Shown here in pieces: positions 50,187-63,256 of a stretch of DNA of 64,000 nt. The stretch covers positions 57,258,323-57,322,322 of the forward strand of contig NC_057725.1 in NCBI RefSeq assembly GCF_004010195.1, written 5' to 3'. The position numbers were made by a program, and so were the translations under genes. Source of the stretch: Chiloscyllium plagiosum (Eukaryota). The notes under the pieces are model-generated. The model saw only the letters and a program-made list of their open reading frames with translations. It was not told the DNA's origin and did not search any database. Every line of letters starts with the position of its first letter. Position 1 is the stretch's first letter.

Positions 50187-51080
50187 CTAGCCATATAAAT
50201 ACTAATGGCTACAATAACAGATCAGAATCTTGCAGCAAGTTACCCACCACCTGACTCCCCACAGAATGTCCACCGTTAACAAGGTGCACATCAAGAATGT
50301 TATAGAATACTCCCCACTTGACTAGATGAGTGTGGTTCAAACAAGAACAATAAAGCTGAATAGTCAGGAATAAGATGTCAAATTCATTAGTATTCCATCG
50401 AGCACCTTAAAACGTTTACTCTGTCTATCACTAGCACACAGCAGAGCTATACTATGTATTGCAATTCTGTTTTCCTTTGACATAACCTTCCAAATTCATG
50501 ACCTGTACCACTTAGAAGTACAAGGGCATGAAAATATCACTATGTGCAAGTTTCCCTCCAAGCCACAAACATCATTCTAACTTGGCTATCCCTTCATTGT
50601 TACAAGGTCAAAACTCTGGAGCTCTCTTCCCAGCAGCACTGTGGGTATACCTAAATCAGGTGAACTGGAGGGCAACTCACCAACATCTTTTTTAATTGCA
50701 GTAGTTACAATTGAGAAATAAATGCTACCATGTTTTTTTTTAATGTAAAGGACTGCATGAAGTACAATTGCTCGTGTTGTGTGTAAGTTGTTTTCTACTG
50801 CAGTTTGTATACATGCTGCCAATGTCAGCAGTTTCTATTGAACAACATGCGGTTAGTTGTAGACATAACTTGTGCAACAGGTTACCAACTTATGAATAAG
50901 CATTTTCAGGGTGTATTGGCTTATTACTGAGAAACACCAGTTCTGTTATAAAACCTGTCATTGTTATCAAGTCTATTTATGCAGTACAAATACAGTTGTT
51001 TTTTAATGGGAAATGCAAGCATGTTATACCTAGGTGAAGAACAGAATGGTTCCTTTCTTTTCCTACTCCTTTTTTTGAAC

Positions 51081-51582
51081 GTGAAAGGCTTCAGAAAAGA
51101 TTTACAAGGATGTTGTCAAGGTTGGAATGTTTGAGCCAAAGGGAGAGGCTGAATTGTCTAGGGCTATTTTCCCTGCAGCATCGGAGGATGAGGGGTGAAC
51201 TTGTAGAAATTTATAAAATTATGAGGGGCTTGGATAGGGTGAATAGTTAAGGTCTTTGCCCCAGAGTAGGGCGGGGGTTCCAAAACTAGACTGTCTAGGA
51301 TTAAGCTGAGAGGAAAGATTTAAAATGGATCAAAGTGTCAACTATTTCACACAGAGTGTGCTGCATGTATGAAATGAGCTGCCAGAGGAAGTGGTGGAGG
51401 CTGGTACAATTACAACATTTAAAAAACATCTGGATGGGTGTATGAATAGGAAGGGTTTAGAGGAATATGGGTCAAGTGCTGGCAAATGGGACTTGATTAG
51501 GTTGGGATATCTGGTCAGCATGGACAAGTTGGACATTCGGGTCTGTTTCCATGCTGTACATCTCCTTGATGCTATGACTATA
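51081..51582 (+). mobile_element. HER1-like LINE 3' fragment
   Basis: Collinear with 15310-15810. Confidence 0.9.
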
Positions 51583-52491
51583 ATAGGTTTTTAATTTTAA
51601 AAAAATGTTTGCCAAGTCAGTCAATATTTAGCTGCAACTGTGAAGGACACAGACTGGTTTCCTTGTACATTTGCTCAAAGAAGACTATGGTATTTATTGT
51701 ACTTAACACCTTTGCTAAATTTAAAATAAAAGGCTACTAGTCTCACACACATGCTTTCAAGGATTCATATATGAACACATATGTGAATTACAAAGTGAGT
51801 GGACAGATTAAGTAGTTTGTAAAAGTCAAAAGAAACCAAGTTTGATAGATTGATGCCTTGCATGGCTTTAGACTGCGCTTAAGAATCTATCTAAACTCTG
51901 TGTCAGGACGTTTTAAATATATGGACAGATGGTTTCTATTTGGTTTCCCTGAATCAGCAGTTGCTGAGTTGATTTTTAGATTCTGCCTGTGGGGTAGCTG
52001 ATCAAACAATAGGCAAGGCACAAGCCTGCAGACGGGTAGTGGGAGGGGCGGTGCCCACGAAGAAATCCTGGCTGTGTGTTCTCTTACTGGTTTGGAGGAG
52101 TAGTTCTTTTTCAAACACAAAGGGAAATTAGTTGGCCATCAAATGATATCCCTTCACCAACTGAGCAGTTAACTAAACATGTTAACATAATGAGTTGATT
52201 CCAGGTCCATTGTTCAGATAAGGTTAAATTATTGCTGCTCAGGGTCCAGAGTGATTGTGCAAAGACTTTTTCCACACCCAGTGTTGACTGGCTGTTTTGT
52301 GAATGGGTAAGGACACGGTATCATTTGTAGTCCTCTAAGGTTATTGTCTCTTCTAGACCGTCTGTGACTCCATCTTTAATAATTTTGAATTCTTTAATAG
52401 TGTGGCAATGCAAATGTTTAAGTCATTTCTAAGAGATGCTGCTGTTTTTGATGTTTTAAAGGGCAATCAGAAATTTCAGGTGAATAAAACA

Positions 52492-52577
52492 GAGGCAAAT
52501 GGGACTAGTTCAGTGTGGTCAGCATGGACGAGTTGGACTGAAGGGTCAGTTTCCGTGCTGTATGACTCCATGACTCA
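52492..52577 (+). mobile_element. HER1-like LINE 3' tip
   Basis: ggcaaatgggactag…ggtcagcatggacgagttggactgaaggg…tatgactccatgact. Confidence 0.8.
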
Positions 52578-52852
52578 AATAGATAAATAATCATTTCTAA
52601 TGCAAAGCATTATAACAGTGAGGGAGACAGGAAGAGGCCATAGAAAGTAATCACCATGTTTCCATATATGAATCAAGTCACTGAGAAATCCACATAGGCA
52701 TTGTGTGAAATGCACACTCTGGTCTGAATGTAAAGGCTACATCATTGGCCAGAAACCACATATCAATTTAACACCATTTATTAGATTATGGAAACGAGTT
52801 TTCTGCAGTGCAACTCTTGATGGGGTTTTGAAAGATATTGATGAGAAGATAG

Positions 52853-52948
52853 ACTTAGCAAGTCACTCCCCACTGTTCCCTGAGTGTTTAAAATGGGTCA
52901 AGCCTGAAATGAGATTAGCTTTTTGCTGTTCGTTTATTAATTCAGGTT
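52853..52948 (+). repeat. 96-bp direct repeat, copy 1
   Basis: Ungapped match to 54050-54145 with 8 mismatches by my count. Confidence 0.92.
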
Positions 52949-53600
52949 ATCGGGATCATAGTGGAAACCAAGTTTAGCTTGGACTATGGCATTATGTCTA
53001 GATGTCACAAAGGGTAATTTGGATTTTCACACCCCTTTCGGTAAGTGCGAAGTCCTCATGCAAGCAAAACTCATGGCGTATAAGACACATGTACAACTGG
53101 TTCTCTATTTCCAAACAGCAATGCGTGCAATTTAGTATCTATTTCCAGCTCATCAGGCAAGATATTGATCAATTAGTGACAGTGGAAATTCTGCTTCAAG
53201 ATAGGAAAGATCTGATCTATACTGAGCTCTCAATGAAAACCCGGGAAAGGAAGAAGATCTCTTCACCAAAGGAGCAGACAATGGCTTCTATTAAACCGTG
53301 AGTGAACAAGCTACAAAAAGAAGATGCAGTTTCATGTTCATTTCTAATTTTCTAAATTACAAGGAGCTTAACTGTGTTTTCATTATCTTTTCACCCTCCT
53401 CTTCTATTTTCCAGTTGTTTTTGCCTCCTGCAGGAGGTTATAAGACTGCTGGTTAGGGAGGTGAAATGTGGAAGAGATTGGCAAGGGGAGAGAGAGTGGT
53501 TGTCATGCCTCAGACATTCTAACTGTCAGACAAAACTTGCTTTCGAGCTGGTCATTCCTAAACAGGCGTTCATATTGCAACTTTTGGAAATGACTCCCAA

Positions 53601-53910
53601 AGTGGGTGACATGGTGGTTCAGTAGTTAGAGCTACTGCCTTGTAGTGCCAGGGACCCAGGTTTGATTCCACTCTCAGGCAACTGTTCGTGTGGAGTTTGC
53701 ACATTCTCCCCATATTTTTGTGAGGTTGGTCCAAAGACATGCAGGTTAGGTGGATTAGCCATGCTAAATTGCCCACCGTGTCCAGACTGAGTTGATTCGC
53801 CTTGGGAAATGCAGAGTTGTAGGGCAGGAGGGTGGTTCTGGGTGGGATGTTCCTGAGAGGGTCAGTGTGGACGTGATGGGCCGAATGGCTTGCTTCCACA
53901 CTGTAGAGAT
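53601..53910 (+). mobile_element. HE1-type V-SINE, decayed
   Basis: tggttcagtagttag, ggtttgattcc, gtgtggagtttgcacattctcc. Confidence 0.85.
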
Positions 53911-54049
53911 TTGCTTCTAACCTTTATCTCCTAGAGAATAGCAGGCAATGTTACTTTCGTGTATTCTACTCTCCACATTTTAAGACCAGATGGCTTCCCC
54001 CACATTCCAGACAAGAGAGATGGTAACCAGTGTGCATTACCACTGGAAC

Positions 54050-54145
54050 ACTTGGCAAGTAGCTCCCCACTCTTCACTGAGTGTTTAAAATGGGTCAAGC
54101 CTGAAATGAGATTGGCTCTTTGCTGTTGGTTTATTAATTCAGGTT
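54050..54145 (+). repeat. 96-bp direct repeat, copy 2
   Basis: Shares ctgagtgtttaaaatgggtcaagcctgaaatgagatt and gtttattaattcaggtt with copy 1. Confidence 0.92.
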
Positions 54146-54834
54146 CATGTTGTTAATAAAAGGTATAGTGTAACGGTGGAGAGAATTTATCAAGATAAAT
54201 GTAGCGTGTGTAATGAACATTGTTGTGATAACATCACATGGTATCAGTTCTTGTTTGAATAGCCTACAATTCAGCATTAGTGGGGGAGGGGAATTAATAA
54301 TCTCTCCTGAACACACGTCGTTGTTATTTATTAAAGGACAGAGATACAGAAAGCTTAGCGTAGTTTCAAGTATAAATCATTTCTGGAGGTCTTCAATCAA
54401 TCCACTCACTTGTAGTCTATCATGGACTCTGATCCACTGCTACTTGACCTTTCATTGACGTAGAATCTGATTGACTGGAAAGAATAGCTATTTCTTTTTA
54501 CAACAAATGAGATTAAAAGGGTTTATTCGACAGAAGTGTTTACAGTTGTGAAGGGACGGGATTGAATAGATGTAAACATTTACTGTTCCCAGTGATTGGA
54601 GGGGTTTGGAGCGACTGGGCAAAGATACAAGATTAAATGTACAGTACAAAGTTTCAGTATGCAAGCAGGAGAGGTTAACACTATGTTAGATCGTGATTGA
54701 AGGGAATTGAAGGGAGCTGAAGAGATACCAGGACAAAGCAGACACATGAAATTAGGTCTGCTGCTTGGATGGCAACAGTGAACCAGTTATGTCACAGACT
54801 TCTTTATGAGAAAACGTCAAATTTTTTTCTATTT

Positions 54835-55165
54835 TTACGATAAAGGCCAGCATTTGTTACTCATCCTTAACTGGTTTTGAAGTGAATGGTTTCTTAGGCC
54901 ATTTCAGAGGGCAGTTAAAAGTTAACCACATTGCTACAAGTCTGGAGTCATATGCAGACCAGACCAGACAAGGACATCAGATTTCCTTCCCTCAAGGTGT
55001 TTGGGTTTTTAGCATTTTCATGCTCACCATTACCAAGACTCTCTTAATATCCCAGGCTCACTTAAGTGCCATCAGTTGTAATGGTACGATCTGAACATGT
55101 ATTCTGGGGCATTGATAATCCAATGGCATTCTCACGGTCCAGAGCTCTGTTGCTAACTCCAGTTA
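54835..55165 (-). mobile_element. Decayed copy of the 40340-type SINE
   Basis: ggccagcatttgttactcatccttaa…cagaggggcagttaaaagttaacc…tctggagtcatatg is antisense to 40580-40670. Confidence 0.65.
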
Positions 55166-56094
55166 ATTCAACAATAGCTTGATCTAAAGTAGAGACAGCA
55201 TAGAGCCTTAAGCTGACAACCCTATTTTCAGGTGCTCACCACCTCCTCTCCCCACCACCACCACCACACCCACTGCCCACCTCTCACATCCACCCACCCC
55301 CACTCCCCACACATTCCCAGTCAGACCTGCTTTGCCTTTTCCCAAGAGCCTTGCGAGATGTAAGAGTTCATGAATGGTGCGTTAAATGAGAGGGGAGGAC
55401 TGCAGGGCGAGGCCTCTTAATCTGAGGCTCCAGGTAAAGCAATGCCTTGCAAAACAGATACTTTGTCGACTCCAAAATGTACATGTGTCAGGTCATGACC
55501 TCAAATTGACCAGGTTTGTGACCTGTTCCGGAGGTTGCGCGACTTTCCTTGAAGAACATGTTTGAAGCAACTCGTCGTAAATCTTCCAGAGTTTTTTTCC
55601 ACATCTGGGAATAATTTACTGCCCTTGTTACACATGATTCCAGTAAAATATCCTAATTGCCTATCTCAGCACAAAGTGTACAAAAACGCAGACAATCATT
55701 TCATTTTAAACAGTGGAATTCTTCATAAATTAGAAAAATTAGTACACTGTGCGTTATTTATAGAGGCTTGGGCAGCCATTGAATCTTTTGGAAGATGTTA
55801 CAAATTTTTTCCATTCGTATTGTCTTGCCATCTCAAGCTCACCTGCAGCTGCTGTGTCTTCACCAGTATCACTTAGAATATTATTTCTGGAAAGGTTTTG
55901 GATAGCTCTCCTTCTTAATTTGTCTCTCCTCCTTGATTTGCCTCTCCTCCTTTGAAGGGAAGCCCCAGCCTTCCCTTTGTGCGTCCAAATGCCACTGGTG
56001 GGGTTGAGATTGGGAGCTCGTTCCTCCCCGATCCACAGTCACCACCCAACATTCCAAAGGTAGACAATCAATGTGGCTCCATTGGGAGTGAGAT

Positions 56095-56410
56095 GGCGTG
56101 GGTTCATATCTTACTTGTCAGACCTGAGCATGCCATTTATGCTGACACTCCTATGCTAATCCTGAGGGAATGCTCACAGTTGGGGATACCACCTTTTGGA
56201 TTGGCCATCAAAGTGAGGTGTCATCTGCTCCCCTCAGAGGGACTTAAAAAAGATGGCGTGGCTCTAATTTGAAAGGCAATCGACTTTTTCCTGGTGTACT
56301 TCAAACCAAAATTCAGCAAGCAAATTATTTGATCACTCATATCATATCATTTGTAAACCCTCGATATGCTCAAAATGCTTGTGTTTCCTACAATATAAAA
56401 ATGACTCTAC
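56095..56410 (+). mobile_element. Deu-domain SINE, decayed
   Basis: gctgacactcc…tgagggaatgct…catctgctccc…aaaagat…ttcctggtgt. Confidence 0.5.
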
Positions 56411-56416
56411 TTCCAT

Positions 56417-56745
56417 TGGGCGATACAGTGACTCAGTGGTTAGCACTGCTGCCTCACAGTACTAGGGATCCAGATTCGATTACAGTCTTGGGTGACCTGT
56501 TTGGGTGGAGTTTGCACAAACCCCAGTGTCTGTGTGGGTTTCCTCTGGGTGGTCTGGTTTCCTTCCACAATCCAAAAATGTGCAGGTTAGGTGAATTGGC
56601 CACATTAAGTTGCGCATAGTCTCCAAGGATGTGTAAGCTGGGTGCCTTATTCATGGGGAATGGGTCTGGGTGGGATACTCTTCAAAGGTTCAGTGTGAAC
56701 GTGTTAGGCCAAATGGCTGTTTCCACACTGTAGGAATACTATGAA
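56417..56745 (+). mobile_element. HE1-type V-SINE
   Basis: tgactcagtggttagcactgctgcctcac, V-domain, gtttccacactgtagg end. Confidence 0.87.
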
Positions 56746-58073
56746 AATTGTATTTTTAAAATCATAAAATATGCACAAGCAAGGCTTTCTTTGCTTTCTG
56801 TTATCTTTCCTTTATCCGAACGTTTAAAATACTGGCTGTTGTGCAAATGGGTTCAGGTGTAGGGTTGAATAGATAACCTTCTTTGGAGTTAGTTTGTTAT
56901 AATTACATGCTCCTTACCTCCCAGTAACCAATCACTTTCCCAATTATGCAGGATGCGTTGCTTATATTGCAGACCCTTGATTTCCTAACCTAGACCGCTA
57001 ATTTGGACCACAGGGGCCAGAGATGCTCCTGGTCATGGCCAGACCTTAGCAGGATTCAGTATCAACAGAAACAAGAGGAAATATAGGTACAGCTCTAAGC
57101 TTCTTGCTGAGGAAGTCAGTGGAAAAGGTCTCAGGAACGGAAGAAAGACTTTCAAGGAAGAAAGAACGTTCATCTTCAATTTTCCGATATCTGTACCTGC
57201 CACAGTTCCTCTTGAGTTCCAGGGACAGACATTGGCCAATGTTCTCTGGATTCCTCAATTGATATGCAGGTTCCTCAATGAAGTGCAATAAAGAAGGCAT
57301 GTATAAGGTTAGGATAGGCATCTCATAACTCTTTAAATGTCACCTGCTGGAAATAAAGATGAAATGTGGCCTCTATCCTTGTAAACTGTCCTGAAGCCTA
57401 CAAGAATGAGCCACCCAGGACGATAACCATAAGACAAAGTGATTTTTTTTTTGTTTGAACCCTAACATTAACTAGTTTTAAAGATATTGGTGATGGGGCA
57501 AAGAACCATATGGATGGGTAGGATAATTGGAAGTGAGAGATTATGTGAGTTGGCAATCCCAGTTCATTAGTTGTTGTTACTTTACAGTCCAGTGATTCAC
57601 TGATGGATTAAACAGAAGTCATTGGAAGCCATAACTCAATGAGCCTCGAATGGACTTTATCCCCCTGACAAGCAGTTGCTATGTTTCCATATATCTTCAT
57701 TCCTTGAGATATCAACCTCTGATTTTCAAGTTGTTTCTTAACAAAAGGAATATTAGGTAAGGACAATTTTGAGACAAAAAAAAGTCATCAGTAACACAAA
57801 ATGGATGGCATCCATTGATTGCTCATAAAAAGACCATGGGCATTGAAGAATCATGATATGCAAGGGGGTGAAAAGTTATTGGGGATAGGCAGGAAAGTGG
57901 AGTGAGCAGATCAGCCATGATCGAACTGTGGGGCAGATTCGAGGGGCAGAGTGGCCTATTCCTATCTCATATGCTTGTAACTTGATGTTGGACATGGTGG
58001 TTAATAGGTGCAGCGTGATGTGGCCCAAATTGCGCTGCGATTTCCACTCCAGGGTCTTTCACTTCAAACTTGA

Positions 58074-58630
58074 TGGTCAGAATTTTTCCCAGAGGTGGTG
58101 GGCCCATCCACTGGCTGGAACATTAAGGGCCAGTCGGCCTCTTGCAGCCCTGGAGTTACCAGCAGATTTACCATTGCCAGGGCCCTGACTGCATGGGCCA
58201 TTAACTTCCATCCCTATCTGGTAAGATGCGCAGTCCCCAAGACTAGCCAGTCAATTAGAGGTGGCCACTGCTAGGGGAAGGGGCCAGTGGAATTGGCTAG
58301 ATTATGAGTAAAATGGGGCAGCCTTGTCAGGGCCTAGCAAGGGTGGGGGGAGCAGGCCTGCAGGTGTTGATGTCTGTGTGGTTGGGATCCTGGCTGGTGG
58401 GGAGGCAAGGGGGTGTAGTTTGGGGCTGTATTCAACATTGGGGCTGGGAATGTGCAGGAGAGAGGGCCTTCATTAGGTATAGGGTGCCTAGGCCGCAGCC
58501 AGGATTTGACCAGTGACTCCAGGAGGATTGGCCACTTCAGGGCCTCACTTGGCTTAAAGGGAAGTGCCACTTGACACCCGAGGAAGATTCACCACGTGGT
58601 GTGGTAAAAGGGTGTGTAAAATTCCAGCCA
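58074..58630. mobile_element. GC-rich non-autonomous DNA element, PIF/Harbinger-like termini
   Basis: tggtcagaatttt … aaaattccagcca imperfect 13-bp TIR bounding a GC-rich block. Confidence 0.5.
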
Positions 58631-60477
58631 ATATTTCTGAGCAGGAAATATCACATTTGAATAGGCAAAAATATCTTTGGAAGGAGTGGAACAACAGAGC
58701 AGTTTGGGAACAAACAAATGCGGCAGTTGAGACAACTGCCAGGTTATTCTTCCAGCTGTGTTTCATACATACTCACAAAATGAACTGTCACATATTGCTC
58801 CAGGGAAGTGCACTCTAACACCTTGCTGTGATTCAGGTTGCTGGGGCTCTGTCAGTGATGCCCAACGAAAAATCAAAGTGTTCCCTATTCCATAAGTGTA
58901 ATCCTCTCTGCATCCACAGGAAGCTGGCATTTAGAATTGCCATTCAGAATTCATCGTTCATGACTAATTGTCAAGTCTCACTGTGAACAGAATGGTGTCT
59001 CTGAAAGATGTGAGTCCTCACTGTAAACAAATATGACACATGGTCTCAGTCTGAAATGTAACGTCTGCTTGCTTTCTGCAACCTCTTGCCATGTGTGGAA
59101 CCTTTCGGTGAGTTGAAGGCTGATGTTGTGAGGTGTTAAAATGTGACTCTGTGTCCTCAGTGACTACTTTACTCGCAAGCGTTGGGAATGATGTCATGTT
59201 CCCTTTGGACTAACATTGTTTGTCAAACGTGTCTTGAAACCCAATCTCAGAAGATATCACCGGCTGGCACCTACTAAGGTGACTGTAAGGCAACTACTAA
59301 AGCAATATTTAGTGATGGACTATTTGTTGCTTGGCACCTCAAAGGAGTAGCTGACATCCTAGGCCCTTTAAAAACTACCAGAGAGAGGATACGCCTGCTT
59401 TTTGGTTAGATTTTAGCTTAATTCATGATTTGAAAGAACGCTATTTAAATTTTGTATGTCAACTAAACTCCCAAAACCTTTATCTTTTCAGCCTGGTTTG
59501 CATTTGAGCTTTCACTTTATAGGTCTGCGGAGGTAATGCACTGAACCATAGTATCTGCATTTTCATCACTGACTGACTTGTGAGAAAGCAATTTCACTAT
59601 GGTACCCTTCCTGCAACCTGACATTTTGGCCAATGCACACTCATACCACTGTGAAGTCACTACATCACGATAAAGAGAATGGATATGTCCATGTCTGACG
59701 ATTTCATGATATAACCTTACCACTAATGTCCTTAGGTGCTAGTGGGGGATGTCATGCAGTGAGGTATGCCCTAGAAAGGAAGCTAATCATAGTTACAAGT
59801 GTAACAGCCCATGTCATCTGAATGAATTATGTATTTTTGGAAGGCTCAACAAAACTCAGGGATGAGTTCAGAAATGCATACAGGTGCTGCCAAGATCATC
59901 AGCAGAAAATGCTGCTACCTTCAGGTCCTTGTGACATTCCCTTTACTTCCTCCCTTTTGCTAACTGGTTACATCAGCCGTAAAACACTCCCAAATCTTCT
60001 CCCATCCAAATCCTGAGTGGAGGGAGAAAACTGCAAATGGTTGTGCTGTTTACTTCAAGATGGGTGGCCAATCTCCATGCCATAACCTCAGAGGCTGACA
60101 CAGTAACATCATATTACTAACTACTGTCACCACACCTATTTTACGTTTGCATGGGGGGGTGGGGAAAGAGGGCAGCGCAGGTGGAGACTGATTTTCAGAC
60201 AGAAAGTCCAAATCTTAAAAATCTCGAATGGCTAGGAGACTGTCCTTTCACCTCTCAGTCTGAGCAACTGAGAGATTTAACTTGTGCTCCAATAGGCTTT
60301 GGATGGATGGGTTAATTTTCTTCCATAACTGTTCTTAAAGTATGAATACATCTTTAAGAAGCAAACTTGTTTCTTTTATTTTTATAATAATGACTGAAAT
60401 GCTGCAAAAATTTAGTAACTGGTGTGCTTTTTAATGATACTCACTTGTTCTTCAAGTGTTCTTCAACTGTGCCTTCG

Positions 60478-60795
60478 TGGATGGCACAGTGGCTCAACGG
60501 TTAGCACTGCTGCCTCATCTTTGAGCCAGGAGCCTGGGTTCAATTCTAGCCTCGGGTGACTGTCTGTGTACAGTTTGCACATTCCACATGGGTTTCCTCT
60601 CACAGTCCACAGATGTGCAGGTTAGGTACATTGGCCATGCTAAATTGCCCCATCATGTCCAGGCTAGGTAGATTAGACATGGGAAATGTAGGGTACAGGG
60701 ATTGGCTGGGGTCTGGGGGGAATGCTCTTTGGTGGGTTGCTGCAGCCTCGATGGGCTGAATGGCTTCTTTCGCACTTTAGGGATTCTATGATTCT
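60478..60795 (+). mobile_element. HE1-type V-SINE
   Basis: tggctcaacggttagc, gggttcaattct, cacagtccacagatgtgcaggttagg, gggattctatgattct tail. Confidence 0.87.
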
Positions 60796-61344
60796 CTCAT
60801 TGAATGCCTTCCATCTGATGTTTGTCCACATTGCAAAATCCTTTTTGAAAGTATAGGCCAGATGCAGAAAATAAAATGTGCAGCATAAGCCACCTTCACA
60901 TGATAGGTATCCCTTACAATAAATCTAATCCAACTTGTAAACCTATTTTAATACAAAAGTAAGTAATGTTGGAGTGATAGTCATGCTTTGGTTTGCTTTT
61001 GCCTCACTAAGCATGTGATGCAATCAACCTCCAGATATTTGGCTTTGTGTACTATATCATAGGCTTCACATGAATCAATAGTGTGACCTTCTGCTGTCCA
61101 CCCTTTGTCATGGAACAGAGCATTCTGATCCACTGCAGTCAGAGTTAAGGGCTCTGTGACCTTTATTTTTTAATGTAGTTGATTTTTTTTCACACATTGA
61201 ACAGATCAGTATGTAGCAAAATTGTCCAGAAGTACTGACAAGGCTGCACAAACTGATTAAAACTCTGAAATGAATAGTTTAATATGAAAATCTTACTACT
61301 TTCAATGGAACAAACCAATGTTCCACTCACTGTGCTTGAGGTAG

Positions 61345-61730
61345 TAGTATTCAATCCTCTCAGTCAGAAGGTTGAAGGTTCAAGTCCTACTTTACGACTT
61401 CAGCACGATGATCTATGCCAAGATTCTGATGCAATACTGAGGCAGCTTGACTGCTCCATCTTTTGGAGTGACCTCTTATTCAAACTAGGCCTTGTCAGCC
61501 CTATTAAATAAATGTAAAAGATGCCAGATAACTACTTTAAGAAGAATGGGGAAAGTCTTCCCTAGTGTCTTGGCCAATGTTTATGCTTCAAGACATATCA
61601 TAAAAACAGATTTTCAGGTCATTTATCAGATTGTTGACCGTGGGCGATTGCGATGTACAAATTAGCTGCTGTGCTTTCTATAGTGCAATAGTGCCTTAAT
61701 TGACAGTAAACTACTTTGGAGCATATGGTG
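61345..61730 (+). mobile_element. Deu-domain SINE, near full length, decayed
   Basis: agtcagaaggttgaaggttcaagtcc head; atgtaaaagatgccag…aagaagaatggggaaagtcttccctagtgtcttggccaat core; actttggagcat tail. Another copy at ~63130-63590 is split by family B. Confidence 0.62.
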
Positions 61731-61834
61731 GTCACATGACCTTGGATCATAGACCTGAATCACTGATAGCTATATTGAACTTGTAATAGCAATGCATGAA
61801 TCTTGTTTTCTAAAAAGGGGAGATCCAGCCAAAA

Positions 61835-62690
61835 TGTAACCGCAGAAATAAATTAATTGGCGAGAGAGAGAGAGAGAGAGAGAGAGGAACCTGGAATGTC
61901 ACACCTGATGGTATCAAGGAAGCTTCAAAAGAAAATAAAAGCACAACTAAACTAATCTTTTATGAGTATGTTAGACTGTGAACATGATTGAGCAATCTGG
62001 GCAAGAGGAATGTTTGCGTTTTGCCATTGCAAGAATGTACAAGGACAGGGGTTAAAAGCCAGTTTTGACACTGATTTATATGTGCTAGTGGATTAAAGTG
62101 AGCCAGACTGCTGACTTTCCCATGTATTAGCCTGGATCTGAGTGCTAGTATGCAATGGAAGTCAAGGGAAAAAAGCATTCACTCGTCACCACTCGATCAC
62201 TCTTGTTCCGAGTGCTGGTCTCCAAGCAAAGTGAAAAGAAATAAGGACTCTCTCACTCTCTGCTGGAAGAAAGGTAGCAAACCAGTCAGAAGGGATTAGA
62301 CCAAAAGTATTTCAGCTAAACTGCAAAGCTAAAAGTCTCAAACCGACTGCTCAATTATCAATGTTTCACTTCACAAATGAAGCATAGACTGATCTGTATA
62401 TGTTATAACTTTGATCTTTTATTAGATTCACCCTTTAATGTATAAACTGTGTGCTGTGTTGGTATCTCTTTTTGGGTTTAGTAAGTAATAAACTCACTCT
62501 TCAGTTAACTCAAGAAAGCATGGTTAAATGGTGCAATTTTAAAAGGGAAATTAATTTGATCAGTTAAAAAGGCATCTAAAAAGAGGGCATCATTTTGAAT
62601 TAACCTTGTTACAAACAACCAAGAGAACAGGTTTAGTAAAGAAGGGGAACCAGTTTTAACTTCCTCACTTGGGATAGTTTGGGGGTACCC
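61835..62690 (+). mobile_element. LTR-like element (boundaries uncertain)
   Basis: Begins tgtaac near a purine tract; aataaa at ~62487; the distal part is homologous to 21540-21942. Confidence 0.4.
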
Positions 62691-62751
62691 CTGTCTTAAA
62701 CCATATTAAATTGGGGAACTTTGCCAAGAATTTGGTCATGAATCCTACAAT

Positions 62752-63075
62752 CCCCATAGCATAAAAAGAGGCCATTTGACCCACCAAGTTTGCAACAACC
62801 CTGCAAAGAGCATCGTACCTAAACCTAGTCCCCTACCTTATTTCCATAGCCCTGTATTTCCCATGGCTAATCCACCTAGCCTGCACACTATGGGCAATTT
62901 AGCATGACCAATCCAATTGACCTGCATATCTTTGGACCAGAGCACCCAGAGGAAACCCACGCAGACGCAGGGAGAGCATGGAAGCTCCATACATACGGTC
63001 ACCCAAAGCTGGAATCGAACCCAGATCCCAGGTGCTGTGAGGCAGCAGTGCTAATCATTGAACCACCATTCCATA
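62752..63075 (-). mobile_element. HE1-type V-SINE
   Basis: ggaatcgaaccc, gcacccagaggaaacccacgcagac, gggcaatttagcatg. Confidence 0.88.
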
Positions 63076-63256
63076 TAGGCTATGTAAATGCAGCTCTTTC
63101 TTTCCTCTTGAATAAGCAACTAACCTAACTGGGTGTCTGGGTGCACTCTTGTCTTTGAGTCAGTAGGTCTCAGCTTCTAGCTCCACATTTTGGCAAATAA
63201 CACAGGTTGATATGCCAGTGTAGTACCAAGGTTGTGTGCTGCACTTTGTTAAGTGC

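Larger units (their letters stand above)
49525..50740 (+). mobile_element. Decayed non-LTR retrotransposon (RT region to 3' end) with two nested inserts
   Basis: ttcagctgcttcgtcaatg…atatttgctgaggactgc = FSCFVN…IFAEDC (FADD motif). A CR1 tip is inserted at ~49650-49790 and a family A element at 50014. Confidence 0.7.

Noticed and set aside
56919-57347. Minus-strand exon-like segment (acceptor near 57348, donor near 56918) with several open frames
   Set aside because: All three frames from the acceptor hit stops within a few codons and the peptides are unrecognisable; a non-coding antisense exon cannot be supported without transcript data.
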